A DNA stretch of 64,000 nt from Chrysemys picta bellii (lineage: Eukaryota), in contig NC_088798.1 in assembly GCF_011386835.1 (NCBI RefSeq), positions 86,490,001 to 86,554,000 on the forward strand. Direction: 5' to 3'. The translations under genes and the position numbers were made by a program. A model generated the notes under the pieces. That model saw nothing but the letters and a program-made list of their open reading frames with translations. It ran no database searches and was not told the DNA's origin. The first letter of the stretch is position 1. Each line of letters begins with the position of its first letter. Positions 49,320 to 62,043 of the stretch are shown one piece after another.

Positions 49320-51057
49320 CTTTAGATGATTCTAGAACTGTAGGATTCAGAAACTGGAGGCATCAAAGAAGTTTCAGGAACCGGAAAACAAGACGTTTCT
49401 AGACACAGAGGCTATACTATGCCCTGAAAATAATCACAGATCTTTCTCCAGGACTCAGATTGAAAATGCTGGAATTTATGTGTATCAACAAGCAGAGCTT
49501 ATATCTGCAGTAGACCTGGTGTGTACCAGAAGAAAACACCTGTATTAAGAAGTTTAACTGAGACTTTTCCCCTTCAACTTTTTTCTAGTTACTTAAGTTC
49601 AAGTTGAAGGTGCAGCTTAACTTTGGGGCATTTTGTTGTTGCTGTTAAAAAAGGATACATATATGCTACTGCAGAGAGACTCCTACAAATAGGAGAAGTC
49701 ATAAAACTGAAAAATACCTTTAAGAAACCCTGAAACGGGGCATATGACTCCCTATGCAGCCAACCTAGGGCCTTTTCTCACCTTCTTTGGGAGGGCATCA
49801 CGTGCCTTTAGCAAGTACAGGCCTGATCCTGAGTGGTGCTGAGCACCTCCAATCCTCATTTAAGTTAATGGGAGTTGTAGGTGATCAGCAACTTACAGGA
49901 TCATACCCTAATTAAGGAGGAGTGCCTCACGTGTGCCATTCAAGAGCACAAGGAGGGTCCTTTCTCTGTCTCTCCCCTTCCCATACACACATACACACAC
50001 ACTGCATACTTGTGTAAGAGGTAGCTAGGCCTAGCTCTTAATGAGTAGTTTTCCTTCATTCTTGTTATTACATCCTTGAGAAAGATACTTTCTTAACAAT
50101 GTATTTTTTTTTTTTGAAAAGTGTCCCTTCAATTCATGCTGTTCCATCACATTCATAATGACTAGAGTGGTGTGAGAACAGTATCAGGTGAGATTAGGCA
50201 GGCATGAGCTGATACAGCCTGCAGGACTGAGTTTTGCTTGGTTTAATTTTGGATTTAATTCACGTGATGGTGATCATCACTTGGAAAAAAGCTAAAGAAA
50301 CCCTTTTAAACCATGGTTCATACAGTGTAGTATACTACATTCCTTGAGTAGGGCATCAATCAAAGTCCTTTGGGGCAGAATTGGGCATGCCCTTCCAAAC
50401 TAGCTTCAACAGGGGTTTAGAAATGTCATAGCAATAACTGCTCCACAACGGTTTGCAGCCTCAGCAGCTTGAACAGGCTCACATCTGAAGAACACATCTT
50501 ATTGGAAAACTACTGCCAAGATTCAGGTTAGGGGGAGTCACAGCTGGTCACGTCTAGTCACCATGAGGTAATTTTAAATAAGAATATCAGTACATAGAAA
50601 TGAGCTAGACCAGCAAGAATGGAAAGGACCCTTTTCAATATTTGCATTGTTTAGAATTACATTATTTTAACAATGCAATGAAAGTACTCCTGCAGTAAGG
50701 TATTGCTCAATGTCAGAGTAGCAGAAGTCAGGCCCTATGGGAGTAATGCTGCTTTGTGGACCCTGTTTGAATTTGAATGGAGGCTGATTATGAAAATGTT
50801 TCAGTTCAAATCACACAGCTGACGTCCCTCTACTTTGGACCGTGCCTAGTTTTAACTCCCATACAAATATGCAAATATCACTGCGTGAGGTGCTCTGTGT
50901 AATGGCTTTCTGACTTGTGCTGTATTATTCAGCCACTAAATATCTTTGTCCAGTATAGAGTTCCGGAGAAGGGTAGTGCCTGGTAAACAAGGGAGACAAA
51001 ACTGGACCCTCAAGGTATGTGGAAACTTGCTTGTTTGCTCTGCCTTTTGTAGGTGAC

Positions 51058-51082
51058 TTTTTTTTTTTTTTTTTTTTTTTTT
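51058..51082. repeat. T25 homopolymer
   Basis: Direct count. Confidence 0.95.
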
Positions 51083-51519
51083 AAGGAAATAGCTCCTGTT
51101 TAAGTGATGGTCTGAAAGATTTATTGTGTAGTTATGGTCAGAAATTGGAATGCAAAAGTGGCATGGCTGTGTGTGTCATATTTACACTTTGTCAGTAACT
51201 TCTATGTCCAATGTATTCAGATAACACACAATATTCCAGCATGGGGATATCAACCTGATATCTGAAAATCAAGCAGTAATCTTTATACTTTGTATATCAC
51301 CGATGCAACACATTTTGGAGTCAGAATTCAGGTGACAATTTAGCTGAGGATATGTGAGAGAAAATGGAATATAGCTTACTCTTCCCACAGCTATACTCAC
51401 TCTATATTGTGAATAACTTGTTTTTCCTCAATAAACTTAGCAGATATGTTTCAGCACCACTGTGCATTTTTGCAGTCACTTTTCACATCTCCCACATGAA
51501 GAGAAACTGAAAAGATTGG

Positions 51520-52025
51520 GATTGCTTACCTTAGAAAGGAGACGAATAAGAGAGAACTTGATAAAAATGTATTTTAAAAAATGAATGGCATTGAGAAAGT
51601 AGAACTGGAGCTTCTCTTCTCACTGCCTCAAAACACAAGGGAAGAGATGTTCAATGAAATTAAAAGGGGGCAAATTCAAAACAAAACAAAAAAGGAAATA
51701 CTTTTCACACAATGCAGAATCAGACTAAGGAACTGATTGCCACAGAAATCCATTGTGACCAGAAAGATTCTAGATAACTCTGGATATGCTGTTATAATAA
51801 ATGATAACACAAACTTTGGAAGAGACGTTAAATCTTGTACTTCAGGGTTTAAGCCAATCTATAACTATTAGAGATTAGGATGAGACCTAGTCTGGGAGTA
51901 GATTATTCCATATCTGCCTCCTGTCGGGTTCTCACATCTTCCTCTGAAGTTTCTGGTACTGACTACTGCTGGAGATATGATACTAGACTAGGTGTGCTGA
52001 TCTACTATGGCAATCCCTATGTTCC
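51520..52025 (+). mobile_element. CR1 LINE 3' fragment
   Basis: Homologous to 26445-26975; ends atggcaatccctatgttcc. Confidence 0.8.
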
Positions 52026-54578
52026 ACATTTTAAAACCCTGGCTGGAATTTTATTCAGTTTAGAAACCATGAAAAACACGGACCACCTATAACGGTACAG
52101 GTAACTTCTCTATTGTAAGGGGCTTTCCATTGTATCTACAATATAATTCTGCCCCATTCTCTGTTCTTAGTCATCTTTTTCTCCCCACTTACCATGGTTA
52201 CATGCTTCCCATTCAGTAATTCAAATCCACATCTTGAATAGTCAGTGGTACAAAATCAGAGCTCACTTTTTATTAGGACTTAAGGAAAGCTCAGGTCAGT
52301 ATTCATAGAACCTGTCTCCAGAGTGTGAAAACCCAGGATCTTTCTTCATTATTCATGAAGATTCTTGTGTCTTCTGGTCCGAGCATCCTGTTGGGCATAT
52401 ACATTTTCCCATCTCTAGCTTTTCAAAGTGCCTGTGCGAGGGTGTCTCAGGCCATCTTGGCCTCCCTGCTGGAGGCATCTGTGTCCTGACTACCCCTTAA
52501 GAAAAACCCACTTCAGCTGTGCTACCTGTGAGATTTAGTCCTCCAGAGGCCTAGAAGGGCCTGGAGGTGATATGGATGAATAGGGAGCCAGCAGGCCAAT
52601 TAAGAAGGTTTACCTGCTTCCTTTGAGGGTAGTGCTGGGGGATACTGGGATGAAGGAGAAGTTCTTCAGTGCTAACTCAGAACCCCAGAGCCAGGCCAGG
52701 TCCAGTCCGATCTGGTCCTTGGCTTATAGCACTGCAGCCACATGTGTGTCTTTTATATTTGTTTGCCCGTTTAAAAGAATGGATAGCCAGATTCTAAGGT
52801 GGTTATTATTTAACCATTTAAAGATTGTATGCTGAGCTCATCGTACAGACCACCCTTGTCTGGACCAGTTGCTACTCCTTGTAAACTGAGGCAGGCAGCG
52901 CCTGCCACGCCACACCCCAGTGCAAGGGGGTGCAATAGTGGTGAGTGGAACTACTTACAGCACCACTGTCTAGTTCCTACTATTCCTATTAAAATGGTTC
53001 ATGTCTTATAAAAGTAGTATACGTGTAGTAGTAATTACGAGCAGGATTGTTCCTCATTTAGAAAATGCAAGGAAAAATTAACTACTCCCCTTAATTTCTT
53101 TTAATTTGAGCTACTTATGCTCAAGTGTCCAAGCAGATACACAGGGGCAACTGCTTGCTTCACCTTGCCCATGTAAGAAACAAATCCCACTGAAGTCAGA
53201 TGAACAGAATTTGGGCCCATACTATACGGAATATATTTGGGTCAAAACCTGAGAGCTCAACATCAGTTTTGAAGGCGCTAATACATTATTTCCAAGTTTA
53301 GATAAGTTTCATTGAACCAATCTATAGCTTAAAACACTGTAATCAGTGGGAGCTGTAGGTGTCAAGCAATTTTTTTCAAAGGCATTTGAAAGGATTTGTT
53401 TCCAAGCTTATATTTAGATTGAGTTGTTTTAACTAAAACAGAGTTAAATGCAAAATTAAGCTTTTTTCAGTTCCAGTTTAGCTTTCCCTTCACCTTTATA
53501 CATTTATATTTTATAAACAAAGCTGTCCAAAATTATTTTGAAAACTGTTGTAGATTATTCACTGTGTGTGTGTGTGTATTACAGGTGTTTGTAAAGCAAA
53601 AATGAATACATTTACACAAGCCAAATATCCATTTTAAAATACAAATAACCTTTGGGCCCCCGGAGTTTAGTTTGTTCTTTGTCAAGTAAAATATATTTAC
53701 AAATTATAAAATACAAAGTTGGGGGGAGGGGTCTGTGTTTAATAAAGATATTGTATGGAGACTAAAAATGGGGAAAGCTTTCACAATTCTGGTTTCAGAG
53801 CAAATGGGAAATAATTCAGTACACTTACAAGTACATTCAAACATGCCAGTCTGTTGCCTCTGGAATAAAATAAACTGCATATAATGACATCTCTGTGTGT
53901 AGGCTGCAATTACTATATTAGCCCAAGTGTACTGAGCATGAAACTTACTCCACCCACATAAAGTACACGCAGGTGGAGAGCAGGGAGGCTGAAACTGAAC
54001 TGAGGATCTGACCTAGTGTGTTCTGTCTGGTTGCCAGACCAGGAGAAGCTACATACATATTAAATTTAAAATAGGGGGAAAGTAGACAATGAAAGCCAGA
54101 TCCTAAGATGGTGTAAATTGGCATAGCTCAAGTGACGTCAGTGAAGCACTGAGAACTTACAAGAGCTGAGAATCTAGTCCCTGAATATTAACTCAGAGTG
54201 ATAAAGAGGTTTGGTTTAGATGAAACAAGAAATCCTTTGCAATGCTTAGATCTGTGAACCACTGCAGCACCTAATCATCCCATTAATTTTAATTCAATTT
54301 AGCTTAACAACAATTTAATATAAATGTAGGAGTTCTTAGTTTATTTCTACTGCATGTTGTTCTCAATGCCTACCAATATCCACTGGGCTTGCTAGAAAGA
54401 AGGCTCAGGTTTTATTTCATTGGGTAAGTTCTCTCCAATTACATTCTTAAACAAGGGTAATGGAGATGAAGGGTGGGTATATAATAAAATGTCAGAACGC
54501 AAAGAAATATGTAACATAAATACTACAACAAAGACTAGACCTTTCTTTGTTACAAGAGTGTGAATCAAATTGTAAATA

Positions 54579-54769
54579 CACCTCTACCCCGATATAACGC
54601 TGTCCTCGGGAGCCAAAAAATCTTACCGTATTATAGGTGAAACCGCGTTATATCGAACTTGCTTTGATCCACCGGAGTGCACACACACCCTCCCCCACCG
54701 GAGCGCTGCTTTACTTCGTTATATTCGAATTTGTGTTATATCAGGTCGCATTATATCGGGGTAGAGGTG
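54579..54769. mobile_element. Tc1/mariner (Tigger-like) MITE, 191 bp
   Basis: TIR CACCTCTACCCCGATATAA / TTATATCGGGGTAGAGGTG, TA TSD. Confidence 0.93.
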
Positions 54770-55849
54770 TACCTTCAAATCTAATGGTGATTAAAGTGAC
54801 ACCAAACTTGCTGGTAGTACTTTATCTGTGTATAGGCAAGATAAAGTGCAATATCTTAATTTACCAGCTCAGATTAATAAGCAGTGATTTACAAGTCCTG
54901 TTCCATTCCCCTTGGCATATATTTTATATATTTTTATATAGTGTATGAATCTTCATTTAAATTTTACATTTAAACAAGATGATAAAAACAAGGATACAAA
55001 CAAATGTACAGCATTCAGCATGAAAAATTGATAGGGTTCAACCCTCTTTGATAGGACATCTCAACAGATATTAGGTGTAAATTGACAACAGCCCTATTGA
55101 TTGCAATGGAGCTGAGCCTACTCACGCTAGCTCAGAATCAGGTTTTCATTAGTACCCTTAAAAGTACTTAAGGGAGATGTTACAAGGAATCTCAATTTTG
55201 ATTCAAGATTTACCTTCAAACATTCATAATAGAATTAGAACAAGTATAATTCTCAGTCCTAAACCATTTAACAAAATAAGAACTTGAGCTTGCACTCTGA
55301 ATCAACACCTTAGAACTTTGCACAGAGACTGTCCCTTCAAGCGGCCAAGCATCTAAATTTCCAGATGGTGTCCCACATAAATATGTTATATTTTACATTT
55401 AGGGCGGGCAGAGAGACAGACACTCATCCTTTGAAGTCACTGAGCTTCACAAGACGGTCAGTGATTTGTCAAACCTGTGTTGCGTACATCAGTTGGGCTG
55501 ATAGTCATTCCGAAGATGCATTGCAGTGGGTTCAAAAAACTGAAAGAAAAGGAACAAGGGAAATTTCAGGCATGTGCTGCTAACAATGCAGTCAATCAAT
55601 AACACAACTCAGCTATTGATTCCCAGCTGCCTCAGCAGGCTTAAACCAGCAACATATTGTAAGGGAGAATCTTCTCAGGATTAGAAGCAACATTCGCTCC
55701 TGGGATCAGCAAAGCTCAATTCTAAGTATGTATGATAATGACTCTGGCTAGTTCTTTTGCAGTTCATTTTATTTTCCAGTGGTTAAAATGAAGCATGATA
55801 TTATATACATTGCAAGGGTCAGCGAGGTCTTATGAATGTTAGCATATTA

Positions 55850-56001
55850 GTATATATGGGAATGGGCGACATGGGATGGATCACTTGATGATTACCTGTT
55901 CTGTTCATTCCCTCTGGGGCACCTGGCACTGGCCACTGTCAGAAGACAGGATACTGGGCTAGATGGACCATTGGTCTCACCCGGTAGGGTCATTCTTATG
56001 T
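55850..56001 (+). mobile_element. CR1 3' UTR fragment
   Basis: cctgttctgttcattccctctggggcacctggcactggccactgtcagaagacaggatactgggctagatggacc...cattcttatgtt; same family as the 40013 terminus. Confidence 0.9.
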
Positions 56002-56002
56002 T

Positions 56003-56175
56003 AAATGCCTCTCCAGTTCTCACACTTCTTTCTGCTGGTCTATCCACTCTGCTGCTGCTAAAATCAATTCCTCACTCACATCTCTGTGCGGTTTCTGCAT
56101 CACATTCAAAGTCTACATCTTCTCCTTTAAGCTCCTGCAAAACTTCCTTCCTCTATCCCACCATGCTCATCTCCA
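56003..56175 (+). mobile_element. Probable L2 LINE ORF2 3' fragment
   Basis: gctgctgctaaaatcaattcct...tgcatcacattcaaagtctacatcttctcctttaagctcctgcaaaac resembles the L2 C-terminal coding region. Confidence 0.5.
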
Positions 56176-56234
56176 GGTAGGTGCGGAACAAGAACAGCAA
56201 GAGTTACAATATGGAGGTTCCAAAAAAACCCACA

Positions 56235-56452
56235 ATTTGGGAAGGGATATAAATCCTCATTCTTCAGGTCATAAACCAAATTCTTACTGATTGTGAAAGA
56301 TGGAGAAAGATTCCCTTGGGGCAGATGTTCCCATAACTGCCCACTGCAAGGCTTCTTGCACCTTCCTCTGAAGCAGCTAGTCAATGTCAGAGACTGGACA
56401 CTGGAGTTGATGGACTGCTAGTCAAATTTTTAATGGCAATTGCTATCTTCCT
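56235..56452 (+). mobile_element. CR1 3' UTR fragment
   Basis: Homologous to 26780-26975 and 51830-52025 (caccttcctctgaagcag...gatggact...atggcaatt.ctat.ttcc). Confidence 0.75.
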
Positions 56453-57429
56453 AATACATTATTCATTGCACATTGGTTTTAGACAGTATGTCTCATGTAG
56501 AACTGTGTGAACAAAGTTTATTTGGGGGAATTTATTATCCCTTGCATATTATTTCCACAGTTAGGGCTATTTCAGATCTAGGGCAGCTTTCACTGAAGCA
56601 ACCTATATTTTTTTTCAAGTTTGTTAGATTCTCCGCTCATAAATCCCTGTATCTGGCTTGTCTGTCCTGGTGGTTTTGGAATGGGTGCCTCCCACCGTGC
56701 TCAGCTGATGAGTGTGTGCATGCAAATACAGTTGGCAGTATTCCAGTGTCATGTAGGTGTGATGAGGAAGTCACATTCTGATACTTTGCAGCTAAATTAA
56801 TTACAAATTGACCTTACGTAGAAAAGGAATAAGTCCTCTTAGAGTAGTGGTTTTAATGCTTTGATTTTTCATATTATAAATGGTACATCCATGCTGCTGC
56901 AGTTAAACATCTGTCAGCATTTCAGTTATAAATCTCTCTTTGCAGAGGCTTATAACATGGCTACCAAAATTCATTGAGCTCTAGAAACTGACATCTGTGG
57001 TTTCAGGACTCTTTTATATAAAACATTACAAACACTTCAATTTTCCTGTTACGAATTGCACGAGAGGAAAAAATAAGTGGGACTCTAATTATAAAGCCAA
57101 GCAAACTGCAAGCAGAACATTGTGTTAGCTTCATTTCACAACTCTGCTGATACAACTGTGGCCCTGTAACACCACTGCTACTCCAGCCCTGAACAGGTGT
57201 TGAGCAATAATGGCCAAGTGTGTCAAAAATACCAAACCATGTGGTGGTTTTATGATATGGACAATTGCTATTTAGGGACAAAGAAAACTCATTTCCACTC
57301 ATGATCTAGCTAAGATTTGAATCATTTCTCTTTACCCTATTTTCTTCATGAACAGAAAATTCCCATAATCCTCTTGTTTTAACTTGCATTTGCTTTTCTT
57401 TCATTTCAGAGGGTTTTGTCATATTACTT

Positions 57430-57910
57430 AAACGTAATGCAGGCCTGGGCATAAGTAACTTACTTGCCTCATTTCTTAGTGGACATGACGGGCAAGGTAA
57501 ATTGATCAGTTGGCTAGAGACAGGATGTCTGCGTTAGCTGAGATAAGTGGGAATATCAGGATACCGTTTACAATGGACAAAATAAGCCTGGAATGTAAGA
57601 TGAGGTAAAAAGTAGGTCGTGCATGCACAGTGTGTGGACAGAGCATGCTGTACAGGGATTGATTCCTGCAGAGTAACCAAACCAATACGGAAGCGTATGA
57701 TGCAATGTATAGTTAAGAATGCATGTGTTATTAGTGTTGGTAAAGATGTATATAAGAAAAACTTTTGCCTATACCCACCCCCTATACTTGAATCTGATCA
57801 ACTCAGCATAGCTTTGATGTATGCAAAATAAAGGAGCCTGAGTGACAAGACTGGAGTCAAAATGAGTTCTTTGGTAACTGAGTGGAAGAGGTCTTGGGGG
57901 ACCCCCAACA
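57430..57910 (+). mobile_element. Probable ERV solo LTR (5' boundary uncertain)
   Basis: CCAAT (57682), TATATAAG (57749), AATAAA (57827) and terminal ...CCCCCAACA in U3-R-U5 order; TSD not resolved. Confidence 0.55.
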
Positions 57911-58659
57911 TAGATCAAACCAGCAATTTTACAAAAAATTTGATAAAGTTATTTGTGAGATTCTCTGATCCAGCTGAGTCATACTTGGCAAAGGACCAGT
58001 GGGGGGAGAGGGTCTGACATTACACCATTTATCCAACCCCAACTCCTGATGTCATGAAGTATCAACCACATAAAACAAACCAGCCTGGAAAGTTGCCAGG
58101 ATCTGTTCAAAAACCCAGAGTTCAGCTGGATTCAGTAACGTCCCAGTGCACCAACTTTCCCCAGCCATGCGCCATAATCTAGATCTTGGGAGGACAGTAC
58201 GACATAGGACCTGCTATGTCAGCACTCTGCCATCAGTGGATTCCTCTCTCTAGGAGAAATCCTCCAATGCTTGGATCCACTGGGTTTATCGCTGCCTTGC
58301 ACAGATGGATTGGAACAAAGGGGCCATAAATTTAGCCTATGGTATACCTGTGACCAATGGGCATAAATGCTCAGTTAGTTTGTAGCTTGTTGAAGTTGAT
58401 GGGATTCATATATACATTATGACAACATTTTTCCCTTGATTATTTTGTTAGTATTTAGAGTATATTTTTCCCTTATGGCATTTTCTATTGTTCTGCATAT
58501 AGAAACAACATTCAGAAGAAGTAAACATGGGAAGACACTTCTTTCAATACACAAAAATCTAATTATTGCATCTGTGCATCTAATATTTTTATTTTTTCCT
58601 TTTTAATTGCGTTTTCCAGAATTGTACTGTTCTCTAGAAATAAGAAGAAGAAAATTATT

Positions 58660-59432
58660 TAATGATAACGATTTAACATTTATGAAGCACTGCACCTCAT
58701 TATGAATCCCAAAGTGCTTTACAAATTGTATTAACTGACACACCATGCAAACTATACAGGGATCACTCCATTCACCCCTAAAATGCAGCCACTTATGATT
58801 TGGGCAATAAGCAGTAACTATTTGATAGTGCACAGCAATAGTTCCCAAAAGCCTCAGGGACAGATCTTCAGCTGGTGTAAATCAGCATGGCTCCATTGAC
58901 TTCAGTGAAACTATGCAGATTCACTCCAGATGAGGGTCTGACTCCAGATCATGAGGTAAAGAAGAATACTGTAGCCTACTGAAATAAAAAGGAGAATTTG
59001 GGCAGACTATATAATGATCTGAATTGGAAAACAACCAAGCCACCGGTGTTAACACACCTGCTCTTACAAAAAGTGCCATGGATCTTTATTACAAGTGATC
59101 CAGAGCTCGTTGTTATGTCTCATCTAAAAAATGGCTGGTCAGTTTCTCAGCTCGTACAAAGTGGCATCATTCCGTTGACCTTGCTCAATGGAGCTACACC
59201 CAGTTTAAATCAGCTGAGGATCTGACCCAGTAGTTCTAGCCCCACACTCCACCATAAAACATACTGGAGAAATCTGGATTGAATACAGACTAAAGGGGTA
59301 AAGTACCACCTTCAGAAACACCAACACCACTTATTGCAACACGTATTGTATGATTTCCTTAAAGGTCTCCCATCCAATTACTTATCCAGACTACCCTTGC
59401 TTAGATTATGAGATCTGGCTGTACAAAGTGGA
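58660..59432 (-). mobile_element. AmnSINE1 (5S rRNA-headed Deu-SINE), near full length, with two ~90-bp palindromic insertions (58857-58945, 59135-59228)
   Basis: 5S-derived head at 59362-59432 with a perfect box C (GGATGGGAGACC) and box-A-like ctaagcaagggt. Body blocks: accaccttcagaaacaccaacaccactt, tgttaacacacctgctcttacaaaaagtgccatggatcttta, gggatcact..tt.acc..taaaatgcagccac. Tail: atcccaaagtgctttacaaa. Confidence 0.85.
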
Positions 59433-61188
59433 TTTATTTTAAGAAAATGCAAACACAAATGCAAGTTGTTATTCATTTGTGAAGCCCAAGTGATAAATAA
59501 TTAAAACTATACCTTCATATGGTTCATATTATAGGGATCCAGATCTCTTGTAGGCCCTAATCCTGCAAAGCATTTAAGCATGTGTGTAACTTTGCTCTAT
59601 GATTAGTGGAACTATTCACCAGTTCCACAAAGTACTTAAGGACATTCATGATTGGGGACACTAGTCCCTGATAATATTACTATACAGAATGTGCCATAGT
59701 GTTTGCACATGTAATGGATATTTGGATAATATTAAGGTATTTATTTTGAAAAAAGATGTAATAAATGATTTTTTTAAAATCTAATAAAACTGGATTGTTA
59801 TATAAAAATGTGGAAATGTAAGGCTCTATGGACCGAATGTGCCACTTCCGTAAAGTAGATGCAAGTCTATTGACTAATCTCCATTGACTTCTTATACAAG
59901 TTATACACTGATCCAATGTAGTCAGGGTGTGAAAAATATTAATAATGTTCAAAGATATTGTGGCAGGATTCAATTTCTTAAAACAATTTATTTCGGTAGC
60001 GTATCCCTGTTTAGTAACTTTGGGCCTAATCCTGCAATTGAGTTGAATTGACCTGTTTACATGGCCTAGGCTTTGCAGAATTATGCCTTAAGTAGAAAAG
60101 ATTAATATAGCAAAATGACTATAGGCATTTAAGGCAATGAAAAGTTAGTGAGATAGTATAATAGATTATAATTCTAACAATGAATATCAAAGCCATCATT
60201 CTTCACAAATGAGTAAACGAAAAGCAAAATGTAATTTATGGAGAGGTGTCTGAAAAATACTGAAACACTGACCAAGTTCTGTAGTTCTGCTTTAGGATTT
60301 CTGCCATACCATAAGGCTAGTCCTGAAAAGAATTTCTCAGTTGTATGTGTCTTTTGGGAGCATTTAAAAGTGAAACATGAAAAATTATTTCAGTCAGCAC
60401 TATTTGAGAAGCCTTTAAAAAGTCTAGGGTTAATATTTATGGTAATATACCTGGTTCAACTTAAATTTTTCATAGCTACTGTGGGAAAACAACAATAGTC
60501 TTTCATTTTTCATCCTCAATTTAGAATTTCAGAGCAAGATCCTCATTTGATACAAATCAGAACAGCTCCAATAAAGTCAGTGGAGTTTACACCAGTTTAC
60601 AATAGCTGAGTATCTGCCCCGCAAACTCTTATACTACCAGTTCATGTAATAATTATGTATTGTATATATTTGTTTTAGGGGAACCTGAATATTTCTGATT
60701 GGTTGCGTGTGTGGGTGTGAGAGAGAAATACATATGTTTTCGCTCTCTGTTGTGTATTCAATATTGTTCAAATGTGGCCATTCTCTCTGTAACTCTCACA
60801 CACAAAGCAAAGTATATTCATAACATCCAGTGCAATGTATTAGGTGGTTCAAAGACAACATGGCAACAAAGTAAACACCTCATGGTTTGCATCATTCTTT
60901 TGTCCCATCAGCTGTATTTAGGTGAAAGACGATAAGTTCAAAGGAGAATTTAAGCTATTAGAAGAAAGATTTAGGGTTTTAATGACTGCCTGGAAATGAT
61001 AAGCTAATCATTGACAGATTATCCCAGGAGCATTCAATTTGCATCATATGCATCTTTTTCACACCACCTAGGAATGAGGCTGGGAATACTAAGGACAGGA
61101 CATTGTGCTGTTTAATGCAAATAAGACTAAATCTTTTAAACAGAGTTATGCAAAGGGGGATGGTGTGTGTGCGTGTGTGTATTCAAAC

Positions 61189-61194
61189 TTTATT
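61189..61194 (-). terminator. GABRA6: Candidate polyadenylation signal of GABRA6 (AATAAA)
   Basis: Plus-strand tttatt, about 560 nt past the stop and preceded on the minus strand by a U-rich tract. Not proven to be the site used. Confidence 0.5.
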
Positions 61195-61752
61195 GAGGTA
61201 AAAAGATACATATAAATAAATATATATATAAATAAAACCCTGGTGCATATATAGAATGATGATGGAGCAGTATTTAGAGAGTGTACAATCCAAGTGCAGC
61301 CAATTTTTTCCTACTGTTTAATGTTTAGAATACATCTTAAATTTTTCTTTCTTTTAAGAGACCATGCAAAATAAACTCATCTTAAGGCAATCATAGGAGA
61401 TATTAGGGTTCTTATCGCCTTCATGTCACTTCTTCAACAAATACTATACCATTCCTTGTCACACCTAACAAGATTAAGTGATGAAAGAAATAAAATTTGC
61501 TAGGAATACTGTCATATACACAGTCTTAGACAACTGCCCCCAACCTGCCCAATGTAGAAAGAAAAGTTTTTAATTTCTCCCCTATGAATAGCATTACTTC
61601 CTTGTCTTCAATACTTCTTTCTTACTGGCTGCTAATGTATATTATCACAAATTTCCATGCTGCAAAGAGCTGAGTAACTGAAGTTCCAAGGCTGATTTAA
61701 AAAAAATGCTGGCCCCTAAAGCATACTTCCATTCTGTAACAGTTGAACACAA

Positions 61753-62043
61753 TTAAACACTTGTACTCACTTCCATAGTGTCTTTTGAAAGGTAAACAAC
61801 CCAATATACCAGGTTGAATCCTGCAAATGCCACTGGAAAGAGGATCCGGGAATACTGGTCTATTTTACTAGTGCCTCCAATTGCTGGTGGTGGTGGTGGT
61901 GGCAGTGGTGGGGCTGGCGGGGGAATAGATGTCGGTTGACCTTGAGATGCACTATTGGACATTATGCTGGCTTCACGGGACTGGTCCGTCTGAGAGGTTG
62001 TGGAGTTCATTCGCTTCTTCAGGTTACAATTGGAATCAGAATG
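61753..62043 (-). CDS. GABRA6: GABA-A receptor subunit alpha-6, last coding exon (M3-M4 loop end, TM4, stop)
   Basis: Acceptor ttttctctctacag, then [17 protein letters not shown]...[43 protein letters not shown]4 matches recalled human alpha-6 and differs from alpha-4 (KYARILFPVTFGAFNMV) and alpha-1. The exon starts at the position homologous to human HPDSKYHLKKR. Confidence 0.96.
   Translation of the reverse strand, partial: HSDSNCNLKKRMNSTTSQTDQSREASIMSNSASQGQPTSIPPPAPPLPPPPPPAIGGTSKIDQYSRILFPVAFAGFNLVYWVVYLSKDTMEVSTSV

Noticed and set aside
51450-51460. REST/RE1 left half-site TTCAGCACCAC
   Set aside because: The right half (GGACAG) is absent at canonical spacing; a half-site alone is weak evidence.
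59362-59432. 5S rRNA gene
   Set aside because: Only a diverged partial 5S match, contiguous with the SINE body; it is the AmnSINE1 head rather than an rRNA gene.
1-61000. GABRA1 coding exons, expected downstream of GABRA6 by synteny
   Set aside because: Scanning by eye for minus-strand sequence encoding the signal peptide, [26 protein letters not shown] and VTEVKTDIFVTSFGPV found nothing; tblastn would be decisive.
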